A stretch of 35,115 nt of DNA from positions 1 to 35,115 of IMG/VR virus record IMGVR_UViG_3300046057_000054; one strand, 5' to 3'. Source of the stretch: a virus. Taxonomy: Duplodnaviria > Caudoviricetes. Made by a program: the position numbers and the translations under genes. Numbering within the stretch: position 1 is the stretch's first letter; the number at the start of each line of letters is the position of its first letter. Under the pieces are notes generated by a model. The model had not been told where the DNA came from. It worked only from the letters and a program-made list of their open reading frames with translations, and did not search any database. Below are positions 1-7,127 of the stretch, piece by piece.

Positions 1-30
1 TGGAAGAACGCCATTTGGAAGAACGCCATC
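1..30. repeat. Host-flank tandem repeat, 2 x 15 bp
   Basis: TGGAAGAACGCCATT followed by TGGAAGAACGCCATC. It may continue outside the window. Confidence 0.8.
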
Positions 31-55
31 GAGCGGGAAACGAGTGCCCGAACTG

Positions 56-97
56 TGTTGGGGGGTGAAAGAAAAGGGCTCAAGAATTGCAACAAAC
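56..97 (+). repeat. Left end (attL) with putative transposase-binding sites
   Basis: TGTTGGGGGGTGAAAGAAAAGGGCTCAAGAATTGCAACAAAC aligns ungapped to the reverse complement of 34873..34914. It has TG(C/A)AANAAA boxes at +11 and +33. Confidence 0.8.
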
Positions 98-237
98 AAA
101 CTCCGCTGAAAGGCTAAGAACCGACATTTGAGGGCGAAATGCCGGCCGACGCGTTGATGCCATGCGGTCGTTTGTGCATAGTTTGCGAGCGCCTTTCGAG
201 ACGGGATGGGTCCTACGAGCACCCTTTGTGAGCGTGA

Positions 238-453
238 TTAGATGTTTACGCCTGCCTCAGACAGCTCCTCGCCGCTAAGCGGAATGCGCTCTCGAAATTC
301 CTTGTAGTCATCCAGAGTGATGACGTGAGAGTGCGAGAGACCTTTGAGATAGCCATGTATGGCCAGCGCTGCATCGCGCGGCATCGGGTCAGGCTGTTCC
401 TCAAAGAGGCCTTCGAGGTCTTCGATGTAGGCTTCGCGGCTCATCGCTTTCAT
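238..453 (-). CDS. Small acidic protein (71 aa), candidate immunity protein
   Basis: MKAMSREAYIEDLEGLF... The ATG at 453 overlaps the TGA of the MuF gene (ATGA coupling). Confidence 0.65.
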   Translation of the reverse strand: MKAMSREAYIEDLEGLFEEQPDPMPRDAALAIHGYLKGLSHSHVITLDDYKEFRERIPLSGEELSEAGVNI

Positions 454-1820
454 GGGTTCACCTCTTCTATTCGATTGTCGTCGTAGTAGTGTAGAATCGA
501 GACGCGCTTGTCTGGGTTGTCGTAGAACCACTCTTCGAGTCTGTAGCGAGCCTCTTCCGGTTCGCTGAGTGGCTGCCGAAGGCCGATCAGGAAGTTGTCA
601 GACTGTTCGGGGTTGAGAGGACGATTCAGTGCACCGGCGTGGAATTTCGTCGGGGTCTTGATCTCAGTGTTGCGCCCGTTCCACACGACATCTACGTCGC
701 CGGTGCCCTTCAGGTTTTTGAGGGTGCGGTTGTAGAGGGCTTCGTCGCCTTTCTCGCTGAGGGCGAGGCCGGCGTCGAGCTCGCGTTGCATTGCCTCTCG
801 TTCGGGATGGCCGGCGTCGAACTTTTCAAAGTGGTTCTTCCAGCTGTGATGCAGGGCCACAAACCCCTCGTCGCTGGTCTCGGCGTCGATGAAGTCGGTG
901 TAGCCCTCGGCGCGCAGGGTGGCCTGGCGCAGACGGCGCTGGTCGGTGGCGGCGTTGCCGACGACAGCGCTGATGCTGCGGTTGCCGGACTGATCGAGCG
1001 GGACGCTGGCGGTGCCGCCGCTTTCTACGACTTTGTCTTGCAACTCCTCGCTCCAGCTCGGATCGACGGGGACCCAGGAATGCCGGCAGTTGTAGCCGCC
1101 CTGAAAGACCTTTACGGGATTGAGCATCCCGTTGTCCATCTGGCTGATCTGGGCGTCGGTGTAGACGCTGCCTTTGTGGAGGCGGCAGAAGGCGCGGCTG
1201 TTGGACTGGAGGCTGCCGTAGTAGAGGTGGTGCTCCAGCTCCGCGCGGCTGGCCAGTTCGTTCCGGTGGACTTGGTTGTAGCCGGAAAGTGACGTGCGGG
1301 CCTGCGTGTAGGCGGTTCGCTCAGCGGCGCCGGTGCGGTCGATGATCTCCTCGCGGATCGCGCTGCGGTCGATCTCGCCGCGCGTGATGGTTTCTGTGAG
1401 GACGTCGATGGTTTCCTCTTTGAGCTCGTCGTCGGCCAGGTCCATGCCGTCCTCCAGGAAGGCGGTGAGCTGGCTGACTTCGCGGCTTCGGCGGACGGCT
1501 TCGGTGACACCGGGCGGGTCGATCTCCAGGGCGGTGTAGAAGTCGCGCGTGACGGTGAGCATCTCCTCGAGCTGTTGCGAGATGCTTTGCTGGACGGACT
1601 CTTGGAGTTGGGGCGTAAGGTCTGCCAGGGCATCGTCGAGGATGCGGCGGAGGTCGGCTTCTGCCAGCTCGGCGAGGTCGTAGTCGTCGAGGACTTGGAG
1701 GACGGCTTCGACGACCGCGCGGCGGTAACGGTCGGTGGCCGGCTGGATGCGGTCCTCGACGCCGACGAGCAGCTCGTCGATGCGCTCCTCCATCTCATTG
1801 ATGTCGGCGAGGATGCTCAC
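450..1820 (-). CDS. MuF/minor-capsid family protein with C-terminal PD-(D/E)xK nuclease-like toxin domain
   Basis: Helical N-terminus, then Y..G....SRAFC...G..Y...GGYNCRHSWVPV (MuF-type motif). The C-terminus has GDVDVVWNGRNTEIKTP. Confidence 0.75.
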   Translation of the reverse strand: MSILADINEMEERIDELLVGVEDRIQPATDRYRRAVVEAVLQVLDDYDLAELAEADLRRILDDALADLTPQLQESVQQSISQQLEEMLTVTRDFYTALEIDPPGVTEAVRRSREVSQLTAFLEDGMDLADDELKEETIDVLTETITRGEIDRSAIREEIIDRTGAAERTAYTQARTSLSGYNQVHRNELASRAELEHHLYYGSLQSNSRAFCRLHKGSVYTDAQISQMDNGMLNPVKVFQGGYNCRHSWVPVDPSWSEELQDKVVESGGTASVPLDQSGNRSISAVVGNAATDQRRLRQATLRAEGYTDFIDAETSDEGFVALHHSWKNHFEKFDAGHPEREAMQRELDAGLALSEKGDEALYNRTLKNLKGTGDVDVVWNGRNTEIKTPTKFHAGALNRPLNPEQSDNFLIGLRQPLSEPEEARYRLEEWFYDNPDKRVSILHYYDDNRIEEVNP

Positions 1821-2074
1821 TGTATCGACTGGAGCTTTTCTTCGGCAAGTTGCTCGATTTCCTCAGTGCTTTTGCCCTCGAAGTAGGTAAGGGCCGCAGT
1901 GATGCGGCGGGCGTTTCTTTCGCGGAGCCAGGTCCACTCGCTGCTGCCCACGATTCCGCCGTCATCGGCTCCGCTTCCGAAGCGGCTGTCTCTAACATTG
2001 GGGTCAGCCTCGGAGCCCACGCGGTATATTGCCCAGTCGTGGGTGGCATCAAGGTTGAAATCGTATAGCTTCAT
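1817..2074 (-). CDS. Hypothetical protein (85 aa)
   Basis: MKLYDFNLDATH... with start/stop overlaps on both sides. Confidence 0.65.
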   Translation of the reverse strand: MKLYDFNLDATHDWAIYRVGSEADPNVRDSRFGSGADDGGIVGSSEWTWLRERNARRITAALTYFEGKSTEEIEQLAEEKLQSIQ

Positions 2075-2397
2075 GGCTCGGGGTACTCTTTGGTGGTGAA
2101 GACGTGAGCGCAGCGGTTGCAGCAGCGTTTGCGCTTGACCATGCCGATGGCGTTGCGCGTCTGGAGGACGCTGGTAGGGGCGCCGCAGCGCGTGCAGGGA
2201 TACCCGCGCTGGTCCTCGGTTTCGCCCTGGTGCTCTTCGCGGATGGGGACTTCCTGGGTAGCAAATAGGTGAGCGTTTTTTTTGCAGAGCCGTTGGCGAT
2301 GGGCGCGCCCTCCGGTAAAGTCCGTTTCGAGCACGCGCGTCCCTGCGTCGCAATCGGGGCACGTGATGCCCCGTTTCGAGCTGGTGAGCGTTCCCAT
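2071..2397 (-). CDS. Tandem NrdR/Ogr-like zinc-ribbon protein
   Basis: Two repeats: CPDC..TRVLET..RQRLC...HLFATQE and CTRC..TSVLQTR..RKRCCNRCAHVFTTKE. Confidence 0.7.
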   Translation of the reverse strand: MGTLTSSKRGITCPDCDAGTRVLETDFTGGRAHRQRLCKKNAHLFATQEVPIREEHQGETEDQRGYPCTRCGAPTSVLQTRNAIGMVKRKRCCNRCAHVFTTKEYPEP

Positions 2398-2431
2398 AGG
2401 CGGCGGCTTTGGCAAGCAGGCTGGCCTCCAC

Positions 2432-2461
2432 AAGTTACGAAGACCCTGCCTGTTATGTAAA
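2432..2461 (-). promoter_or_regulatory. Possible internal leftward promoter
   Basis: Minus strand TTTACA-18 nt-TAACTT in an AT-richer intergenic gap upstream of the zinc-ribbon gene. Confidence 0.35.
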
Positions 2462-2463
2462 TC

Positions 2464-3123
2464 TCATGTGCTGATTCGTTCGTTGAGCCAGGCTTTCTGC
2501 TCTCCGATACCCATGCCTTCGAGGGGCACGCTGCACGGGTGCCCTTCGGCCTGAAGGCGTGGGATGAGGTGCTCGCGGTACCGCTTGCCTGCCAGGAAGA
2601 TGACGTGCGTGCGCTCGTCCACCCGAGACAGCAGCTCCTCACCGGCCTTCCAGGCCCACTCACGGCGCGCCTGGGCGTTCATGTCGCTCAGTGTGGCGTC
2701 GTATGGGAAGACCCGGTAGCTGGGGTGCAGCAGCCGGTAGCGAGCGCTGAGGATGAACCAGCGGCCTTCCGCCTCTCGGCAGAGGCGCTTCAGTACCCAC
2801 GTGCGTGACTTGCGGTAGAGGTCGCCGGTGTAGAGCTTGCTCGCGAGTTTCTTTTTCGGGCCTTGCCGCTTGCTTTTCGAGCAGGCGACGAGGTAGACGC
2901 GCGGGAGCTTCTCGACGAGGCGCAGGCGGCGCGGGCTGACGGTCTCGACGGCGCCGTCTTCGAAGCGCACCAGGGCGTTGGCAACACCAGCGTCCGTGCT
3001 GCGGACGACGCGGCCGTCGTCGTGGCGCACGGGGTCGCACATTTGGCCCTTTCGCAGCTCGACGTCGAAGCCCTGATTGGCAAGGGTCTGGGCGGCCCGT
3101 GAGCCGGTGTAGACGTAGCGCAT
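2464..3123 (-). CDS. DUF6884-like protein with N-terminal extra domain
   Basis: LVACSKSK...LYTGDLY...WFILSARY.LL.P....PYDATL...LAGKRY...PLEGMGIGEQKAWL pattern. Confidence 0.7.
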   Translation of the reverse strand: MRYVYTGSRAAQTLANQGFDVELRKGQMCDPVRHDDGRVVRSTDAGVANALVRFEDGAVETVSPRRLRLVEKLPRVYLVACSKSKRQGPKKKLASKLYTGDLYRKSRTWVLKRLCREAEGRWFILSARYRLLHPSYRVFPYDATLSDMNAQARREWAWKAGEELLSRVDERTHVIFLAGKRYREHLIPRLQAEGHPCSVPLEGMGIGEQKAWLNERIST

Positions 3124-3128
3124 CGGAT

Positions 3129-3494
3129 TCAGTCGGCGAAGAGACGGAGTTGGTGGGCGCGGGCGTGGTGGCGGCCGTACTTTCGGCTGTGGTGACGGCG
3201 GTCGGCGTCGAGGCTGAGGTGGCAGCGCTGACACATGGCGGTGAGGTTGCTGTCGTCGGCGTTGGCTTTGGTGTGGTCGGGCCAGTGCGCGACGGTGAGG
3301 ATGACCTCGGAGCCGGTGATGGGGTGCGGCTGGTAGTTGGCCGCCAGGCAGCGGTTTTCGGGATGGTGGTGCCCGCACTGGCCATAGCACTCGCAGCGGC
3401 CTTCGGGGGTGTTAGGCGTAGCGGCGCGCTCGAAGCGAATGCGCTGGCTGATGGCCTGCCAGTCTTCGGGGTACTTCGAGTAGTCGATGGGCAT
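3129..3494 (-). CDS. HNH-like endonuclease
   Basis: YPEDW..IS..IR...RCEC...VILTVAH..H...N....NL.AMCQRCH. Confidence 0.8.
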   Translation of the reverse strand: MPIDYSKYPEDWQAISQRIRFERAATPNTPEGRCECYGQCGHHHPENRCLAANYQPHPITGSEVILTVAHWPDHTKANADDSNLTAMCQRCHLSLDADRRHHSRKYGRHHARAHQLRLFAD

Positions 3495-4156
3495 CACGCG
3501 AAGGTGTGGCGGGACCGGAGGTAGCAGCGAAGCGTGGCGAAGGCGTCCTTCTCGCAGTAGCGGGTGACGTCGGCGAGGCGGCCTTCCTGGACGGCGGCCC
3601 ACACGTCGGAGCCGTCCATGTCGCCCTTCGGCGAGGACACGCCCAGGAGGTCGCAGTAGTCGGCCAGGCCGGCGCTTTCCGCGTAGCGCCAGATGTCAGT
3701 GTGTGGGGTGTCACGCCACTTGTGAGTGTTGAGCAGGCCCTCGCGTGTGGGTTCGACCTCAGAGGCGAGTGAGCGGAGGCGCAGGTACGGCGCGTCGAAA
3801 TTTTTGCCGTTGAAAGACACCCACGTGACGCGGTCGTGGACCTGACTCATGTCGTTCCAGAAGCGGGCGAGCAGGTCGGCCTCGCCGTCGTGCTCAGCAC
3901 AGGCGTAGCTGTGGGTGGGGCGTGGGCTTTCTGCGCCCTCGACGTAGCGGCAAACGGAGATGCAGCAGATCCAGCCGAGATACGGACTGAGTGCGCGCAC
4001 AGTCGCCTTCGTTTTGCCGAGGCTTTCGTGGATGCTCTTGCCCCGGCGGCGACGAAAGGCTTTGTCGAAGCGTGCCCGTTGTGCCGCAGAGAAGCCTTCC
4101 GGGCGCTGCGGACACGTCTCGATGTCGAAGACGATGACCTGCGGATGGTGGCTCAT
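3494..4156 (-). CDS. DnaQ/PolB-like 3'-5' exonuclease
   Basis: Exo motifs VFDIET, FNGKNFDAPYL and YCEKD. Confidence 0.85.
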   Translation of the reverse strand: MSHHPQVIVFDIETCPQRPEGFSAAQRARFDKAFRRRRGKSIHESLGKTKATVRALSPYLGWICCISVCRYVEGAESPRPTHSYACAEHDGEADLLARFWNDMSQVHDRVTWVSFNGKNFDAPYLRLRSLASEVEPTREGLLNTHKWRDTPHTDIWRYAESAGLADYCDLLGVSSPKGDMDGSDVWAAVQEGRLADVTRYCEKDAFATLRCYLRSRHTFA

Positions 4157-4365
4157 GAGTGCTGCTCGTGCATTTTCGCAAGATCGCGATGGATGTCGTT
4201 TTTGATTTCTTGGTAGCGTAGAATCAGCTTCTGACGCTCTTTGCCGTATCGGGTGAAGTGAAACTGTGCGTAGTCCGGGAGTCCTACTTCTTCCTCGATG
4301 CCGCAGGCGACTTCATGCAGTGCGATCATCGTCAGGGCCTCGTTCGAGGCATCAGACTGTCTCAT
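4153..4365 (-). CDS. Hypothetical protein (70 aa)
   Basis: MRQSDASNEALTM... Its stop overlaps the exonuclease start. Confidence 0.6.
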   Translation of the reverse strand: MRQSDASNEALTMIALHEVACGIEEEVGLPDYAQFHFTRYGKERQKLILRYQEIKNDIHRDLAKMHEQHS

Positions 4366-4426
4366 GGCGGTATGGTCAATCGGTGAGGATGACGGTGCTG
4401 TTAGGGGCGATTTGGTGAGTGCCGCC

Positions 4427-4470
4427 GCCGACGCCTTCGCCCACGGCGCTGAAGGCGTCAGCTGTTTTCT
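4427..4470 (+). terminator. Hairpin plus T-tract, antisense to the early operon
   Basis: GCCGACGCCTTC...GAAGGCGTCAGC followed by TGTTTTCT. Confidence 0.4.
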
Positions 4471-4481
4471 CGCTTGCGTTG

Positions 4482-4727
4482 CTAGCGAAACTCGTGGCGG
4501 TTCAGGTCGCAGCCGCACTCCGGGCACCACGCCTCGACGCCCATGCCCCAGCAGCTCGTACAGCGCTTGAGGCTCTGGCCGGGCGCGAAGTTGATGGCGT
4601 CGTCCTCCCAGCGGTCGATCCAGCCGGGCGCGGCGTAGGCCGCGCCGCAGAAGGCGGTGCACTCTTGGTAAAGCGTTGGGCTGTGCCCGCATTGGGGGCA
4701 CTTTTGTCTTTGGTAGCGGGCCTGCAT
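4482..4727 (-). CDS. Cys-rich zinc-finger protein (81 aa)
   Basis: Four Cys pairs: CPQC, CTAFC, CTSC and CPEC. Confidence 0.65.
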   Translation of the reverse strand: MQARYQRQKCPQCGHSPTLYQECTAFCGAAYAAPGWIDRWEDDAINFAPGQSLKRCTSCWGMGVEAWCPECGCDLNRHEFR

Positions 4728-4729
4728 AT

Positions 4730-5125
4730 CTACTTGCCGTCTCTGATGGGTTGGACTGGAGCGTCGGCGGGAAAGGTGTGCTCGCGCCCGCCGTCGCGCC
4801 CTTTGTCGATGCAGTGGGCGGCGAAGGCGGTCTGCTTGCGCCAGGGGAGCCCGCCGGACTCGAAGCGCGCGCCGATGGGGAGATCGCCGAAGCGCTGCGG
4901 TTCGACCTCTTCGGCGTCCGAGAGGTAGTATTCGCTCACGCGGGCGGTGCCGCCGTGGGCGCGTCTGACCTCGACGGTGCGGTCTTCGACGGGGTGGCCG
5001 TCCTGGCGCAGTTCGTGCACCCGTGCGGCGAGGCGCTGGATGCCGTAGTCGCGCAGGGCCTGAAATTGCGTGATACTCTCGCCTCGGCGGAGGTGATCGA
5101 GGACGAGCTCGCGCTGGGTGGGCAT
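4730..5125 (-). CDS. Winged helix-turn-helix protein
   Basis: TQRELVLDHLRRGESITQFQALRDYGIQRLAARVHELR...V.EYYL, a common phage HTH family. Confidence 0.8.
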   Translation of the reverse strand: MPTQRELVLDHLRRGESITQFQALRDYGIQRLAARVHELRQDGHPVEDRTVEVRRAHGGTARVSEYYLSDAEEVEPQRFGDLPIGARFESGGLPWRKQTAFAAHCIDKGRDGGREHTFPADAPVQPIRDGK

Positions 5126-5128
5126 GGC

Positions 5129-5344
5129 TCACTCGGAGGTTTCGAGGGTGAAGTCGATCTCGGGGTTGATGATATGCTCGGGGCCGATCTGGGCGACGGC
5201 CTCGGGAATGGACTGCTCGAAGTACTTGTCCTCGACTTCGAGCGTGATCTTGAGGGCGCGCTGGCCGGCCTCGAGACTCGGTTCGGTCTTGCGGAGACCA
5301 AGGATGCCGTTGCGGTTGAGGATCAAGAAGGCGGAGTCTTTCAT
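5129..5344 (-). CDS. Hypothetical protein
   Basis: MKDSAFLILNRNGI... fills the operon gap. The start is uncertain (could be upstream, to 5407). Confidence 0.6.
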   Translation of the reverse strand: MKDSAFLILNRNGILGLRKTEPSLEAGQRALKITLEVEDKYFEQSIPEAVAQIGPEHIINPEIDFTLETSE

Positions 5345-5403
5345 GTCGGGCGGGATCGGTGGTGGGGGCATTGCGACGATGGGGGTGTTGCGACGGTGGG
5401 GGT

Positions 5404-5922
5404 TCAAGCGGGGCGGGCTTTGACGCGGACCTGCTCCTTGCCTTCTTTCATTTCGAGCCCTTCGACGTGGCCTTCGAGGCGGTCCCAGGCTTTCTTGAGC
5501 GGGGTTTTCTGGAGCTTCTCTTTGATGACGATGAGGTCCCCCTCTCCGATGGCGCGGAGGCGCTCGATGATGGCATCCTTGTCGTCGGTGTACACGAGCT
5601 TCGAGCGGCCCTTGATGAAGCTCACGGTGCCGGGGACGAGCTCGAGAGTCTTGCCGTCGGTGCCCTCGAGGAGATCGTCACGGTGCTCGGTGGCGAAGGC
5701 GACGATGGCTTGCCTGATGACATTCGCACGCTCCTTGCGCCGTCGGATGACCGGCCCGAACCGGTCCTTGAGCTTGGCGATCTCGCTCTCGAGTGCGGCG
5801 GACTTCTCGTCGATCACGACGTTGAGGTCGCCGAGGCGACGGAGGAGGTTTTCGACGTCGTCGATGCTTTCGACGGGGACGTCGTCGGCGGTGAGGTCGT
5901 CGGTGATGGGGGCGAGCTTCAT
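5404..5922 (-). CDS. gam: Mu Gam-like host-nuclease inhibitor
   Basis: 172 aa coiled coil, then FATEHRDDLL...KTLEL..GTVSF; lies downstream of the transposition genes. Confidence 0.8.
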   Translation of the reverse strand: MKLAPITDDLTADDVPVESIDDVENLLRRLGDLNVVIDEKSAALESEIAKLKDRFGPVIRRRKERANVIRQAIVAFATEHRDDLLEGTDGKTLELVPGTVSFIKGRSKLVYTDDKDAIIERLRAIGEGDLIVIKEKLQKTPLKKAWDRLEGHVEGLEMKEGKEQVRVKARPA

Positions 5923-6021
5923 GGGTAGGGGGGGTTGTGTGAAGAAAGAGCCGGCGGCCCGCCGGCGGGGTCGAGTCGTCAGTTGAGGTAAGAACGGGAA
6001 GCGGACGCAGGGCGCGCCGAG

Positions 6022-7020
6022 TCAGGCGGAGACGGGCTCGGCCTTCTGCTGCTTTGTCTTGCGCTGGTTGATGCGCTCGACGGCGCGGCGCACCGGGCCG
6101 GCTTCCTCGGCGTCTTCGCCCTGGCGGTCGGCCTTGATGGTGCGGTTGACGGTGGAGGCGCTGAGGTCGGCCTCGCGGGCGATTTCGCGCTGGGAGGCGG
6201 CGGACTGGTCGTAGAGGTCAGCCAGGCGGGGGGCGACGGTGCGCTCGTCGACGACCTCATGGCCGAGGGCGCGGGCCTCCTTCATGGCGTCCTTGACGGC
6301 ACGGGTGAGGCTCATCGGCACGCGGTGCTCTTGCGCGAGGAGCCAGCGCGTGCTCTCGGAGATGGCCTCCCTGAAGACGGCCTCGAGGTAGGCCACGCGC
6401 TCCGGCGGAGTCATCCAGCCGTCCTCCTCGCAGAGGACGAGGCGCTCAGTGCGCTCGGCGACTTCTTTGTGCCGGTCTAACATCCCGCCCAGCCGTGGCC
6501 AGCCGACCAGGACGACGGCCGGGCGAATGGGCACGCCGTTGAACTCGGCCTCGCGCAGGCGCTTCAAGACCGCGAAGCTGTCGGGGCTGAGGCGGTGGGC
6601 GTCGTCGATGACGATGACGGGGGGGTGACCGCGCCGCTGCGTGCGGAAGAGGAGGCGTTCGCATTGGCGAGTGCGTGACTCGAAGTTCGAGCGGAGGCTG
6701 GCCTCTCCTTCGGTGAGGTCGAAGATGACGGCGTTGATCACGTTCTGGATCTTCATGCGGCGCGGCGTGAGGTCATGCACATGCACCCACGCGAGGCGGG
6801 CTTCGTCGTCGCCGTCCGTGCTCTGGCGCCCCATCTGGCGCTTGACGCGGCGCAGCAGGTGGTTCTTGCCGGCGCCGGTGGGCCCGATCAGGGCGGTCAT
6901 CTCGCGGGCGCGGATGCCCTCGCGCAGCTCAGAGGCGAACATTTCGACGGTGGGGCTGTCGAAGATCCCCGCCTCCTTCAGGCCGAAGTGGTCCAGGAGG
7001 CTTTTTCGGATCGAAAGCAT
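6022..7020 (-). CDS. MuB/ExeA-like AAA+ transposition ATPase with C-terminal HTH
   Basis: Walker A GPTGAGKN, Walker B VIVIDDAH and C-terminal SQREIAREADLSASTVNR. It follows the transposase. Confidence 0.85.
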   Translation of the reverse strand: MLSIRKSLLDHFGLKEAGIFDSPTVEMFASELREGIRAREMTALIGPTGAGKNHLLRRVKRQMGRQSTDGDDEARLAWVHVHDLTPRRMKIQNVINAVIFDLTEGEASLRSNFESRTRQCERLLFRTQRRGHPPVIVIDDAHRLSPDSFAVLKRLREAEFNGVPIRPAVVLVGWPRLGGMLDRHKEVAERTERLVLCEEDGWMTPPERVAYLEAVFREAISESTRWLLAQEHRVPMSLTRAVKDAMKEARALGHEVVDERTVAPRLADLYDQSAASQREIAREADLSASTVNRTIKADRQGEDAEEAGPVRRAVERINQRKTKQQKAEPVSA

Positions 7021-7060
7021 GGTCTTCTGGGGGGCTTTGGTTTGGAGTGGTCGATGAAGG

Positions 7061-7092
7061 GCGGCCCCGATTGGAGCGGGGCCGCTTTTTTT
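7061..7092 (+). terminator. GC hairpin plus T7, antisense to the early operon
   Basis: GCGGCCCCG-ATTGGAG-CGGGGCCGC-TTTTTTT between the transposase and ATPase genes. Confidence 0.55.
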
Positions 7093-7127
7093 GCTACTGT
7101 CGCCGATGGCACAGCACCGCTGTGCCC

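Noticed and set aside
1-30. Possible CRISPR repeat
   Set aside because: Two abutting 15-mers with no spacer and no cas genes.
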